DNA from: an uncultured Bacilli bacterium
GTDB taxonomy: Bacteria; Bacillota_I; Bacilli_A; RF39; UBA660
DNA length: 64,000 nt
Direction: 5' to 3'
NCBI GenBank assembly: GCA_934149105.1
Contig: CAKPDP010000002.1
Span: forward strand, 49,700-113,699
The notes under the pieces are model-generated. The model was not told the DNA's origin. It searched no databases and saw only the letters and a program-made list of their open reading frames with translations. This document shows positions 10,451-21,192 of this stretch, one piece after another. Within the stretch, counting starts at the first letter, position 1. Every line of letters begins with the position of its first letter. Both the position numbers and the translations under genes were made by a program.

Positions 10451-11700
10451 TACTTTTCCTCCTTATTACCAATAAAATTAGTAAAAATTCTACTTATAGC
10501 ATGATCCTTTTTGTTTTTTTCTGTAGGATTTATTAATTCTTCTGTTTCTGTATCGCTTATCATAGAATATAATCTTCCTCTAGTGTCCATTTTATCTATA
10601 AAATATTTTATCATTCCCAAAGCTGTTACATATTTATTATCTCTAACGCCTAGGGTATTAACAGTGTATATTATAACATTTTTATCAAATATTTCATATA
10701 TTAAATTTTTAAAGGATTTTATTTCTGTAAGACCACCTGTTATGATTAGGTAGTTCATTTCGTGTTTAGTTAGTAAAAGTATTTGCTTTTTGGCTAACTC
10801 TAATATTTCTGTAAGTCGGCTCATAACAACTTCTGATACTTCTAATTGATTTAATTTAACGAAATCTCCAAGAGTATTTTTTACTTCGTAGACGTCATTT
10901 AGTTGACAAAATCTTTTATGAGAACTAGCAAAACGTTCTTTTAAGGTTCTAGCATCAAAGACACTAACGCCAAAGACATAGGCTATATCTTTTTCAACGT
11001 TTATGCCACCCATCTGTAAGACTTCAGTATTCATTAATTTGCCTCTATTGATGATACTAACGGTAGTTGTATCATGGCCTAAGTTAATGATAGCACCGAT
11101 TTTTCCTTCTAAATTATCGGTCTTTACTTCATGATAATCAGCCATTCCAGATAAAGCAATATCTACAACATCAAGGCCAGCTTCTTCCATGATACCTAGT
11201 ACAGAATAAACACTTTTCTTGGGTACTGATATCATTATACCTTTTATTTCTAACTTTTGTCCATTTTTACCTACGGGTTTACTAATTCCTTTATTTCCAT
11301 CGATTATGAAGTCAATGGGAACAACGGTTAGTAGTTCATAGTCATCAGGAATTTTTCCATAAACGGAGTTTTTAATAACTCTATTTACATCATCAGTTGT
11401 GATTACAGAATCATCATTTTTTATATCTTGAGAGCCTGTTACTAGCATGAAGTTAACATTATAACTAGGGATATTGACAATGACTTTTTTTACAGTTATT
11501 CCTAACATGTTGTTAATTACTTTCATACCGTCTTTGATCATATTAACAGCCAAGTTAGGATCAGTTATTAAGCCTTTGCGAACACCTTTAGATTTTATAG
11601 AATGAGAAGCTAAGACATTAATTTTATTATTAAAGTACTCCCCTACTACAAATTTAGTAGTATCAGTTCCAATATCAATACTAGCTACAATTATTTTCAT
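10450..11700 (-). CDS. ftsA: Cell division protein FtsA
   Basis: Actin-like ATPase of 416 aa directly upstream of ftsZ and overlapping it. Confidence 0.9.
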   Translation of the reverse strand: MKIIVASIDIGTDTTKFVVGEYFNNKINVLASHSIKSKGVRKGLITDPNLAVNMIKDGMKVINNMLGITVKKVIVNIPSYNVNFMLVTGSQDIKNDDSVITTDDVNRVIKNSVYGKIPDDYELLTVVPIDFIIDGNKGISKPVGKNGQKLEIKGIMISVPKKSVYSVLGIMEEAGLDVVDIALSGMADYHEVKTDNLEGKIGAIINLGHDTTTVSIINRGKLMNTEVLQMGGINVEKDIAYVFGVSVFDARTLKERFASSHKRFCQLNDVYEVKNTLGDFVKLNQLEVSEVVMSRLTEILELAKKQILLLTKHEMNYLIITGGLTEIKSFKNLIYEIFDKNVIIYTVNTLGVRDNKYVTALGMIKYFIDKMDTRGRLYSMISDTETEELINPTEKNKKDHAISRIFTNFIGNKEEK

Positions 11701-11807
11701 GATACCACTCTCCTAAAATGATACAACTTAATTATACAATAAATATATTTTAATTGCAATAAGGTAAAATTAAAAAGGCTTAGAATATAAGCCCATTATG
11801 AATTTTT

Positions 11808-12767
11808 TTACATGGTATTAACTTTAGGACTACCATTTTCACAACGGTTACCCCAAGAATCTATTATTTTACCATTTTTACAGACACAAATTATTTCACA
11901 ATTATTACTACATTTTTGGCACTCGTAGCCTTTGGTTTCAAACTTGATATTATCAATTTCAAAGTCAAAAGTTTTTTCGACTGGATTTCTAGAAGAGAGG
12001 ATAGCAACGCCGAGGCAACCCATAAGATGAGAGTTTTTATCGACGATAATTTTTTCTTTAGTTATATCTTCGAAGGCTTTGATAACGCCAACATTTTTAC
12101 TCACTCCTCCTTGGAAGACAATGGGAGCACGAATTTTTTTACCTTTACCAACATTATTTAGATAGTTAGTAGCAACGGCTTTGCAGAGTCCGGCGACGAT
12201 ATCTTCTTTTTTATGACCAACTTGGGCTTTATGAACTAGATCGGACTCAGCAAAGACGGTGCAGCGAGCTGCTATGTTAGTAGGATTTTTACTGGTTAAG
12301 GCAATAGGTCCAAAGTCTTCTATTTTAATTCCTAAACGACTAGCTTGACTAGAAAGAAAAGCTCCAGTTCCGGCAGCGCATAAAGTATTCATGGCATAAT
12401 CTATAACGATACCATGATCTAAAATAATTATTTTGGAATCTTGGCCACCTATTTCAAAAATAGTATTGACATCGGGATATAAGGACGTAGTTCCGATAGC
12501 ATGAGCTGTTATTTCATTTTTAATAACATTGGCTCCTAACATAACACCAATTAATTTTCGTGCTGATCCTGTGGTTCCTACTCCTACTACTTTATATTTA
12601 GTTAAATCAAGTTGTTTTTTGAGACTTCTTATTAATTTTCTTACGGCAGCGATAGGATTTCCTTCCGTATAAAGATAATCACTAGCAAGAATTTTTTTAG
12701 ACTTATCTATTATTACTCCTTTGGTAGAAATACTACCAATATCTACTCCTAAATAGCATTTTTCCAT
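11808..12767 (-). CDS. BadF/BadG/BcrA/HgdC-type ATPase (CoA-substrate-specific enzyme activase family) with a Cys-rich C-terminal extension
   Basis: N-terminal LGVDIGSISTKGVI acetate/sugar-kinase-type fold; conserved Cys ligands; C-terminal CQKCSNNCEIICVC...C motif. Confidence 0.65.
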   Translation of the reverse strand: MEKCYLGVDIGSISTKGVIIDKSKKILASDYLYTEGNPIAAVRKLIRSLKKQLDLTKYKVVGVGTTGSARKLIGVMLGANVIKNEITAHAIGTTSLYPDVNTIFEIGGQDSKIIILDHGIVIDYAMNTLCAAGTGAFLSSQASRLGIKIEDFGPIALTSKNPTNIAARCTVFAESDLVHKAQVGHKKEDIVAGLCKAVATNYLNNVGKGKKIRAPIVFQGGVSKNVGVIKAFEDITKEKIIVDKNSHLMGCLGVAILSSRNPVEKTFDFEIDNIKFETKGYECQKCSNNCEIICVCKNGKIIDSWGNRCENGSPKVNTM

Positions 12768-12865
12768 AGATACCCCTTTCTTTTATATACTATGTTAGAA
12801 CTTTTTTATTATAACAGGAGAAAAATAAAAAGATTGTCATTTAATCTAGATAGAAAAAAACATAT

Positions 12866-14197
12866 CTAAATAGATACATTTTTATTCATTTTTTGATAAT
12901 AATTTAATTTCTTTTTTCTTTTACTTCTTCTAACTATTAGACTGATTAAAGAAATTAATATAATAAGAATAGTAATACTTATACTTACTATTAAGTAAAT
13001 AAAGAGATCATGAGCTTTATTTTTATAAATATTTATTTCGTCATCATAATATAGCTGCAAGCTTTCTTCATTTTTATTATAGGTATAATATCCTTCAGTT
13101 CCGGTAGTTAGATTGACACCATATATTAATCCCACCTTGGAGTTATTATGTAATTTGTAGATAGTAGTTTCAATATTATTTAGGGTTATGCTATAAGCTT
13201 TATAATTAGAATTTGGTAACTTAGATTTTTTTAAATATAGGGAGGTACTACCAACGGTTATTTGTTCATATTTAGTATAAGTTTTTTTAGTTTTATCATA
13301 TATATATAAGGCAATATCACCTTTACTATCTTTTAATCCTACTAAAGTTAGTTTTAATTTATCATTATAATAGGCAACAACGTCTTCTTCGCCTATTTTA
13401 ACAGTTGTTTCATCAAAGGTTTCAAGCTTTGGTAATTCAGATTTTTTTCTAATAACAGTGTATTCTTGATTATTTACTTTAGTAGTTATAGGATTTAACT
13501 CTTTAACATTGGCAACTAAATTATAGGTTTTAGTAGTTCCATCTTCGGCCGTTACAACTATTTCTAGTTTGTTAGCCCCATCTACTACGTCTCTTTCACC
13601 AGCACCTGTAATGGTAGCCTTACGATCGGCGGCAGTAGCTTTAATATTAATTTTAGTTGTAGCGGCCTCAAGATCAACCGTGTAATCTTTGGTATCAGAA
13701 TTGAATTCTGGAGATAAGGTTGTGCCTTCTACTTCAAGGCCAGAAAGATTGGCATTACTGCTTTTTGTTACAACGACTGGTTCGGTTACTTTTATAGTAG
13801 CAGTCTTAGTTGGTAAAGACAAATCATTACCATTACTATCAGAAACGGAAATCGGTTTAACAGTAATAGTAGCTGTTCCGGTGATGGTAGTTTTTAAAGA
13901 TATAGTTTCAGTACCGTTTTCACACCAAATACGTTCATCACTAACAGAGGCAACATTACTATTGGAAGAACTAATAGAATAGCCACCAGCACTATCAGTA
14001 CATTTTAAATAAAGGGTGGCACTTTTGCCTTTAGTTACAGAACTAGGACTTATAGAAATTGTATAACCAGCTGCATAAACATTACCCGCTAAGAAGGTAA
14101 AAGATATTATGGTAGTTATTAAGAGATAAAGATATTTATTTTTTTTCATGATATTCCCCTTTTCTATTCTAAGCTTGGCTAATAGAAGCTTTTCCAA
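12866..14197 (-). CDS. Cell-surface protein with Big-like and cadherin-like beta-sandwich domains and a C-terminal TM anchor
   Basis: Signal peptide; LSGLEVEGTTLSPEFNSDTKDYTV cadherin-like motif; C-terminal hydrophobic helix plus RRSKRKKK tail. Confidence 0.5.
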   Translation of the reverse strand: MEKLLLAKLRIEKGNIMKKNKYLYLLITTIISFTFLAGNVYAAGYTISISPSSVTKGKSATLYLKCTDSAGGYSISSSNSNVASVSDERIWCENGTETISLKTTITGTATITVKPISVSDSNGNDLSLPTKTATIKVTEPVVVTKSSNANLSGLEVEGTTLSPEFNSDTKDYTVDLEAATTKINIKATAADRKATITGAGERDVVDGANKLEIVVTAEDGTTKTYNLVANVKELNPITTKVNNQEYTVIRKKSELPKLETFDETTVKIGEEDVVAYYNDKLKLTLVGLKDSKGDIALYIYDKTKKTYTKYEQITVGSTSLYLKKSKLPNSNYKAYSITLNNIETTIYKLHNNSKVGLIYGVNLTTGTEGYYTYNKNEESLQLYYDDEINIYKNKAHDLFIYLIVSISITILIILISLISLIVRRSKRKKKLNYYQKMNKNVSI

Positions 14198-16259
14198 GAA
14201 TAGTATTTTTTATGATAATGTAGTCGGCAGCAGTAACACTATTACTCTTATTGCTATCAGCGGCTTCTTTGCTTATATTAGATAAGCTTATTTTCCCTAA
14301 AATATAATTTTTTATATAAATATAGTCAGAAGCAGTGATTTTGCCATCACCATTGACGTCACCATAAATTATGATATCATAACTATATTTAGTACTGCCA
14401 TCAGTGTCAGTTATAATTATTTTATCGCCAGTTTTTAACCTTTCACCATCAGAAAGTCCAGCTCCAGAAGAATTTAAGATGCTGACATTTTGAGCAGAAG
14501 ATAATTTATTTTTAATGGTTCTCACAGTAGTTCCTACAGAAAAGCCTGATAGATAGCTATTCTTTTTGACAGTAGCACTCATGCTTTTTATATAATGATC
14601 GGCTCCTTTATTGGTAACAGGTGTAGGAGTTGGTTCTGGAGCAGGTTCAGGATTTGGATTAGGTGTAGGATCTGGTGTAGGATCTGGTGTTGGCTTTGGA
14701 TCAGGATTATTATTATCGCCACTTACAGGACAAACTTTGCTATCGGTATCACTACTAGTAGTTATGACAGAGCTGTCGCCACCACTGGCATAGACTAAAC
14801 CAGCACGGATAGGACTTTCTTCACTACTGTAGGCTCCAATGTTAAAGAAATTGTAAAGCCATTTATAAGTTACACCTTTATAGGTAAAGATTTTACCAGT
14901 AGTAGCAATAGAACCATTAGTTCCAGACTCTTGTTTAGCTAGGCTAGCTAGATAAACAGGACTGACGTTATATGCCTTTCCAGCTTCAACAAAGATACTA
15001 GCATAAGATTTATTATCACAATCAGAATTTTTTTCCATGAAAGTATTATTTAAAATAGTTTGAACAACTTGTTCAGTATAATTAGAAGAATATTTTAAAC
15101 TTTCAAATTGTAAGATACCAGTATCGTTTAAGAAGTTTCTAGGATCTAGATAATACTCTGTTGTTTGGGTATTGGCTAAGTACCAACCACTTTCTGTACT
15201 AGTATAATTGCCATTAGCATCTTTTTCATAGTATATTTCATTACCATTAATAGAAGAAAGAGCTTTTTCACGGGTTACAGAATAATTAAAATCTAAATTG
15301 GTATTTAGGGCTTCAAAAGTCCAATTAGGATAAGTATTATGAAGTAATCGAAGTTTCTTTTTATAACTTTCTGGGAAACCTTGAGAATTTAATTGATTTT
15401 CAAAGTTTTGATCAGTGATATTGCTTTGACCAGAGGTATCAGTTTCTTTACCTGGTAAGGTAGTAGTTTCAGGCATATTATTATAGATAGGAATAGTAAA
15501 ACTTAAAGGTAATTTTAATAATCCATTGTTGCTGTAGGCCCTAAAGCTGGTTTTAGCTTCACTAGTAGGAGCTGCTAGATTAGCCATATATTGATGAGTA
15601 AAGACTTTGTTAGTACTATTAGGGTTTACGTTAAACTTTTTTAAATAAGATGTATATTGGCCTTTACTAATGTAAGTACTAGTTAAGAATTGGGCTCCAC
15701 CTAGAATAGCTTTACTAGGAGTAGTCCAAGGTCTTCCATAGGAAGTATCTTTCTCATTATCTTTTTTGGTAGGAGTACTAGAAAGATAGGCACTACAGAT
15801 ATAGCCAGTAACACCATCATAACTAGCTTTATACCAATTTTTTTTACAGTAACTATTGCTAGGAAGATCTTGTTCGAGAATATCGACGCCTTCAAAGCAG
15901 GCTACTTCTTTAACTTTTTGGGATTTATTGGTATCATTGTACATTATTTCTGGATCAAAATTAGTAGTACATTTTACATAACCTTTAGCTAAATCAACGT
16001 ATTCACCACAGATGCGAGCATTAGAATTTAGATAAGATATTTGATACCAATTTTTACAGACATTATCTGATCCAGCATTTACATCAATAATGGTTACGGT
16101 AGCCCCTTTATTGACTGAGCCAATAATTTTGCCAGTATTAAAATCTCTAACATTTACACCAGTTCCTGTAACAGTACCAGTAGTTTTAGCAGAAACGGGA
16201 TAAGAAAAGGTTAGAAGAGAAATTATGCTTATAATTACTAGGGAAAGCATTTTTTTCAT
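14169..16259 (-). CDS. Secreted multidomain protein: SH3b-like repeats, putative glucosaminidase/lysozyme-like region, Pro/Thr/Asp linker, C-terminal dockerin-type repeats
   Basis: Signal peptide; NWYQISY and NWYKASY SH3b motifs; PDPKPTPDPTPDPTPNPNPEPAPEPTPTP linker; GDVNGDGKITASDYIYIKNYILGK matches dockerin DxNxDGxxxxxD. Confidence 0.5.
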   Translation of the reverse strand: MKKMLSLVIISIISLLTFSYPVSAKTTGTVTGTGVNVRDFNTGKIIGSVNKGATVTIIDVNAGSDNVCKNWYQISYLNSNARICGEYVDLAKGYVKCTTNFDPEIMYNDTNKSQKVKEVACFEGVDILEQDLPSNSYCKKNWYKASYDGVTGYICSAYLSSTPTKKDNEKDTSYGRPWTTPSKAILGGAQFLTSTYISKGQYTSYLKKFNVNPNSTNKVFTHQYMANLAAPTSEAKTSFRAYSNNGLLKLPLSFTIPIYNNMPETTTLPGKETDTSGQSNITDQNFENQLNSQGFPESYKKKLRLLHNTYPNWTFEALNTNLDFNYSVTREKALSSINGNEIYYEKDANGNYTSTESGWYLANTQTTEYYLDPRNFLNDTGILQFESLKYSSNYTEQVVQTILNNTFMEKNSDCDNKSYASIFVEAGKAYNVSPVYLASLAKQESGTNGSIATTGKIFTYKGVTYKWLYNFFNIGAYSSEESPIRAGLVYASGGDSSVITTSSDTDSKVCPVSGDNNNPDPKPTPDPTPDPTPNPNPEPAPEPTPTPVTNKGADHYIKSMSATVKKNSYLSGFSVGTTVRTIKNKLSSAQNVSILNSSGAGLSDGERLKTGDKIIITDTDGSTKYSYDIIIYGDVNGDGKITASDYIYIKNYILGKISLSNISKEAADSNKSNSVTAADYIIIKNTILGKASISQA

Positions 16260-16359
16260 GGATAATCACCTCTACTCTCATATTCAAGGTAATTATAACA
16301 AATATCGACATAATATTCTAGTATTTATAAAGATTTTTTTTAAAAGTTTTTTATGTAAA

Positions 16360-17427
16360 CTATTTGGTTTTAGGGTATCTTACAAAACTGGCAATAAAAA
16401 TAGCAATTAAGAAAAAGAACATAGTTATAAGAAGGTTATTTAGGAAGATAGAGAGGAAGGCAATAAGAAAACAAGTGAGACAAAAAATTACTTCAGAAGA
16501 AAGAAGATAGGATAGGATCGGGATATCGGATGGAGAATGGTAAAAATTTTCAAGGCTAGAGACTTCAAAATTTTTAATGCCTATTCCTTCTAGGAAGGCA
16601 ATTAAATAAAGAAGAACTTTATTAGTTAGAATTAATTTAAAGAGAAGGACTATGACAAAAGAGATGTTTAAGTATTTAAATAATTTACTAGGATTAGATA
16701 TTTTTCCTAAGTAATAGGTAAATAAAAGGGAGCTTAGACCTATTAAAATATTAAAAAGACTAATATAATTTAAATTAGAATTAATATTTATATATAAATA
16801 TAAGGGTTCTAAGAGTAAGAATATGACTTTAAATTGTTCTAAAATTACAAAGAGAGGATTATTTAATTTAGTAGTGAAGAAGATTTGTTCTTGAGGAGGT
16901 GTAGTTTGAAGATTTAAAATAGGAATAATACTTAGGATAGAGAGAATAATTACTAAGATGGTAGTTAGAGTAAGGGAATAATTACTTGTAAGATAGGAAC
17001 CTAAATAACTAGATAGCATTAAGCCTAGATAAGTATAGATTAAGCTTAAGCTAACTTGAGAACGATTATTTAGATATTTTAAACCTAAATAATGACGAGT
17101 ACTATGATAAGTATAGTTAGAGATAGATAAGAGAAGTGCTAAGATAGTTAGACTTAAAAGATTATGTTTTAGGGAAGATAGATAGTAAAAGCTTAAACCT
17201 AGAAAGATACTAGAGATAATTAAGAGGATTTTATAATTATGTTTATTTAAAAATTTAAGGCTAAAGATATTTACAAAGATACTAGAAAAATAATAGATAG
17301 ATAAGTAAATAAAGATTTCTTGGAGAGAATAATTTTTATTATAGAGAATTATTAAAGAGAAAATATCTACTATGTTACGAGCCATATTAGAGAGTAATAA
17401 AAAAACATTATATTTTTTAGTAGACAT
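16360..17427 (-). CDS. Polytopic membrane protein of unknown function
   Basis: 355 aa with at least 10 predicted TM helices; low-complexity L/I/S/Y-rich composition. Confidence 0.3.
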   Translation of the reverse strand: MSTKKYNVFLLLSNMARNIVDIFSLIILYNKNYSLQEIFIYLSIYYFSSIFVNIFSLKFLNKHNYKILLIISSIFLGLSFYYLSSLKHNLLSLTILALLLSISNYTYHSTRHYLGLKYLNNRSQVSLSLIYTYLGLMLSSYLGSYLTSNYSLTLTTILVIILSILSIIPILNLQTTPPQEQIFFTTKLNNPLFVILEQFKVIFLLLEPLYLYININSNLNYISLFNILIGLSSLLFTYYLGKISNPSKLFKYLNISFVIVLLFKLILTNKVLLYLIAFLEGIGIKNFEVSSLENFYHSPSDIPILSYLLSSEVIFCLTCFLIAFLSIFLNNLLITMFFFLIAIFIASFVRYPKTK

Positions 17428-17478
17428 ATTATCACCATAATTAGTATGTCTTATTTTTTAAATATAATGTTTTAATTT

Positions 17479-20334
17479 TTAAGCTTGTTTTTTATTAACA
17501 AGATAGATAGTTGTTCCTATTCCTAGGATTCCAATAATACACAAGAAGATAACAATACTACCTCCAGAATTAGGATTTTCTTTAGCTTTATCTTTCATAA
17601 CGATTTTTTTATCCGCTACTGACTGGCCATCTTTATCATAAATATTTCCTTCTTCATCAACGGTGAAGAGAATAGATTCGGCTTCTTGATAACCTTCAGG
17701 GGCTATTTTTTCGACTAGGTAATAAGTACCACTTGGTAAGCCTTTAATAGTAGTAGGTGTTGTTCCAGAAATCCAAACAGCAGGATGGTTATTGGAAAGG
17801 ATAGCAGGAGCACAATCACCATTGTAATCGGTTACGACTACGTATTCTCCATTTTCATTTTTACTAGTTAAACAGATAGCCATGCTAGCTCCTGGTAATT
17901 CACTGCTGGTAGCCATATCTTGTTTACTAATAGATAAATCAATTAGATCATTATATAAAGTTAAAGTATTAGTATCTTTATCATAAGTGGTAGATTTTTC
18001 ACCATTGTCTACTAATTTAACAGTTCCTTCATCATCAATACTAAATTTACTAGTAGTTTTAACTTTTTTATAACCATTAGGAGCTACTTCTTCACTTAGG
18101 CAATAAGTGCCTTCAGCAAGGCCATAGATAGTAGCAGGATTTTCTGATGAGGTCCACTTCAATCCTTTAGTAGGATCGATACCAGTTATGGTTTTAGTGG
18201 TAGTTGTTTCAACGACATCATCTCCCCCTATTTCACTGCTGTCATCTTTTTTTTCATCGTCAGTGGTATCATCTTTTTTAGTGTCTGTTTTATCGTCTTT
18301 TTTATCAGTAGTGATGTTAGTTTGAGTATAGACAAAGTTTAGAGCAGTAGCTAGTTCATCAGTACATTTGCCATCTTTATCAGTTTTATAGATAGCCATC
18401 GTAGCACCTGGTATTTCAGCAGCTGTATCTTTGCCTGTCATAGACTTTTTACTGATATTAATAGTGTTCATAGCATTTTGAGCAGTAATATGGTAACTAC
18501 CATTAGTAGCACTAAAAATAGAAACAGTACGGTTAAAGTAGTCACAATTTTTATCATATTTACCAGTTCCATCAACACAGATAGTATTAGTATATGATGA
18601 CCCTTCAATGGTACTAGCTATATCGGGACTAGTACACTCAGATGTTGCTAGGTTATTGTTATTAGTAGTTCCTTTTTTAACAATGGCTTCATCAGTTTCA
18701 CGAGTTTTATGAATACAATAGTTAAGAGTTTTAACAGGGGTAGTAGTACCACCATTTTCATCATCAGTAGTAGCATTAGTAGTACAAGCAGCTTCGGTTG
18801 GATCGTACTCATACTTAGTAGTAGTAACTTCTTCATTCTGATCGTTAGTAGTTGTCTCAGTGGTTTCTTTAATACAAATAGATTTATTAGTGGTTTCAGG
18901 ACTAGTGGTAGTTGAACAAGCTCCTTTAGAAATATTAGAGTTATTTTCAACACCTTTTTGAACTTCAGAAGTTATATAATCATCACTTATTTTATCATAA
19001 ACACAATATTGTTTAGAGTCATGGTAAGCTTTATATTCGGCTTCGGTAATTTCTTTATTTTGATCATCATCTAGTTTTAGATAATATTTAGTAGTAGTAT
19101 CCCCTATTTTGATGTCAGTACAAACGGTACCAATTTTTTTATAACCTACAGGTGGTTTGTTTTCTTTATAGCATAATTTATTTCCGTTCTGGTAACCATC
19201 TTTACCATTTTCAAGGCCACTAGTACTACAATAAGATTGATTATCGCCATCAATTTTACATAATTCTTTAGTAACAGTATCTTCACTACCAATATAAAGT
19301 AGCATACTAGCACCATTTAGGTTACTACCGTGAGTGTCAACTTTATTTAAACTAGCCATGTAACTAGAAGTGTAACTGAAAGTAGTGCTACCACTAGTAC
19401 TTCTAGTAATGGTTTGAGGATTAACGTCATAAGTTGCTAATTTTTGAACGGCATCAGGAGAGTCGGCACGTTTATACATACTGATAGCAGCATATTTACT
19501 AGAGTTACTTCCACTATAACTTAAGGTTACGTTACCTCCATTATTACTATTCTTATCGGTTAAGATAACTAGGTAAATGGTTTCTCCTTCCGAGATAGTT
19601 TTAGAACTAGAACTTATATTAGTACAACTATTGGTATAAGAAGCAGTTGGGCAAGAGTAAACAGCTCCTCCGGAAGAGTTAGAAGCAGTAATACTGTAAC
19701 TGGTTCTATCGCCACCATAGGTACTAGGCATATTACTAAAGGTTATGGGTTGAGTTATATATAGGGCTTGATTCCAAGAATAATTTTGTCTAGTCATCAT
19801 ACGATTATTATTTCCAATAGTAATATTGATACTTGGTAGAGAAGTAGTCGTAGAGCCTTCGGTGAATTTATAATTACTTTCAACTTCACTCTCAGCTTTC
19901 CAAACAATATTCATAATATACTGACTAGAAGCATAGCAGGCATCAGAATAATGGCCAGAATAAGTAAAATGACAATTTAGGGCTTTTTGAATATTCATAT
20001 ATTGTTCTTTACCACTATAAGCTTCTTTAGTTAGTTCAATTATTCTGGCAGCTGCAAAGGATCCAGAACTTATCTTATTAAAAGAATTATCTTCAACATA
20101 AGTACTATTATTCTTAGGAGCCTTCATGTTTAATTGAACACAATAAGCTATATTATCATCAATAGTCTTATTATAAAAACTATATTTTCCACTACTAGTT
20201 AAGCCATCGGCATTATAATAGATCCGGTTAGAGGTACTGGTATCAACATTATAAGTAGCAGCTTTAACATTAGGAATTACTAGTAATAAGGAAAATATTA
20301 GGGTTGGTATTAAGGATTTTAATTTATATTTCAT
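17479..20334 (-). CDS. Large surface adhesin-like protein with repeated Cna-B/SpaA-type domains and a C-terminal membrane anchor
   Basis: Signal peptide; motifs VAPNGYKKV and IAPEGYQEAESILFTVDEEG (Cna B-like); ELPGASMAI repeats; C-terminus NPNSGG plus hydrophobic helix plus KKQA. Confidence 0.55.
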   Translation of the reverse strand: MKYKLKSLIPTLIFSLLLVIPNVKAATYNVDTSTSNRIYYNADGLTSSGKYSFYNKTIDDNIAYCVQLNMKAPKNNSTYVEDNSFNKISSGSFAAARIIELTKEAYSGKEQYMNIQKALNCHFTYSGHYSDACYASSQYIMNIVWKAESEVESNYKFTEGSTTTSLPSINITIGNNNRMMTRQNYSWNQALYITQPITFSNMPSTYGGDRTSYSITASNSSGGAVYSCPTASYTNSCTNISSSSKTISEGETIYLVILTDKNSNNGGNVTLSYSGSNSSKYAAISMYKRADSPDAVQKLATYDVNPQTITRSTSGSTTFSYTSSYMASLNKVDTHGSNLNGASMLLYIGSEDTVTKELCKIDGDNQSYCSTSGLENGKDGYQNGNKLCYKENKPPVGYKKIGTVCTDIKIGDTTTKYYLKLDDDQNKEITEAEYKAYHDSKQYCVYDKISDDYITSEVQKGVENNSNISKGACSTTTSPETTNKSICIKETTETTTNDQNEEVTTTKYEYDPTEAACTTNATTDDENGGTTTPVKTLNYCIHKTRETDEAIVKKGTTNNNNLATSECTSPDIASTIEGSSYTNTICVDGTGKYDKNCDYFNRTVSIFSATNGSYHITAQNAMNTINISKKSMTGKDTAAEIPGATMAIYKTDKDGKCTDELATALNFVYTQTNITTDKKDDKTDTKKDDTTDDEKKDDSSEIGGDDVVETTTTKTITGIDPTKGLKWTSSENPATIYGLAEGTYCLSEEVAPNGYKKVKTTSKFSIDDEGTVKLVDNGEKSTTYDKDTNTLTLYNDLIDLSISKQDMATSSELPGASMAICLTSKNENGEYVVVTDYNGDCAPAILSNNHPAVWISGTTPTTIKGLPSGTYYLVEKIAPEGYQEAESILFTVDEEGNIYDKDGQSVADKKIVMKDKAKENPNSGGSIVIFLCIIGILGIGTTIYLVNKKQA

Positions 20335-20418
20335 ATGGTACTCTCCTATCTATTCTTACTATAGTTCATGATATCATAAAACGAGTTATTTGGCAAGAAG
20401 GTGAAAAGAAATTATGAA

Positions 20419-20462
20419 GATAAAAAAAAACTAGATTTATTCTTTAGTAGCATCTAGTTTAT
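20419..20462 (-). terminator. Terminator hairpin (aaactagat/atctagttt) with a T-run after trmB
   Basis: 9 bp inverted repeat overlapping the trmB stop, followed by a T9 tract on the minus strand. Confidence 0.4.
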
Positions 20463-21069
20463 TTATTTTGATACCTTTAGTTACGAATTTGGCTTCATAT
20501 TCTGTCATAATGTTATCAAGGGGATTTTCTTTATGAAGATCTCTAGTTTGATAATTGATCTTGTAGCCATTGTCTACTAGGGTTTCTAGAGAATAATCAA
20601 AAAGAGGATTATTATCAGTTTTCATAATAATATGTTTAGTATCTTTAAAGATATTATCATAGATAGAGAGAAATTTAGGACTAGTTAGACGTCTTTTAGC
20701 ATGTTTAGCTTTAGGCCAAGGATCAGAAAAATTTAAATATAATAGAGATATTTCTTTAGAAAAGATATCTGATAATTGTTCAGCATCCATTCTTATTAAT
20801 TTTAAATTATTTAATTCTAGGGAATTAGATTTTTCGATAGCTCTTACGATCACACTATCAAATTTCTCAATCCCTATAAAATTAATATTAGGATACTTTA
20901 GAGCATTTTCAATAATAAAAGTACCTTTACCAATACCTATTTCAATATAGATAGGATTAGTATTATTAAACAATTTAGACCAGGATCCTTTATAAATAGT
21001 AGGATCATTTATGTAATAAGTACCTTGATTAATTATAATATCTGCATTTTTGACATGTTTTAAACGCAT
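20437..21069 (-). CDS. trmB: tRNA (guanine-N7)-methyltransferase
   Basis: The TrmB-like sequence begins at the internal Met (MRLKHVKNADIIIN...) preceded by AGGTGA; GIEIGIGKG SAM-binding motif; the 99 aa upstream of it in the ORF track look spurious. Confidence 0.8.
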   Translation of the reverse strand: MRLKHVKNADIIINQGTYYINDPTIYKGSWSKLFNNTNPIYIEIGIGKGTFIIENALKYPNINFIGIEKFDSVIVRAIEKSNSLELNNLKLIRMDAEQLSDIFSKEISLLYLNFSDPWPKAKHAKRRLTSPKFLSIYDNIFKDTKHIIMKTDNNPLFDYSLETLVDNGYKINYQTRDLHKENPLDNIMTEYEAKFVTKGIKINKLDATKE

Positions 21070-21192
21070 GATAATCACCTTCTTCTTTGTAGTTATAAGT
21101 ATAACAAAGGAAGAATGGTTAGTCAATTTATTAGAAATATTTTGTAGATATTTAGGATATTTATCATATAATGTATTAGTAAAGGAGATTAT

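Noticed and set aside
18648-18953. 101-aa and 68-aa ORFs inside the adhesin gene
   Set aside because: Alternative frames of a repeat-rich region; no RBS.
20335-20436. Sortase or LPXTG system near the Cna-B adhesin
   Set aside because: No sortase-like ORF is in the window and no canonical LPXTG/NPQTN motif is present.
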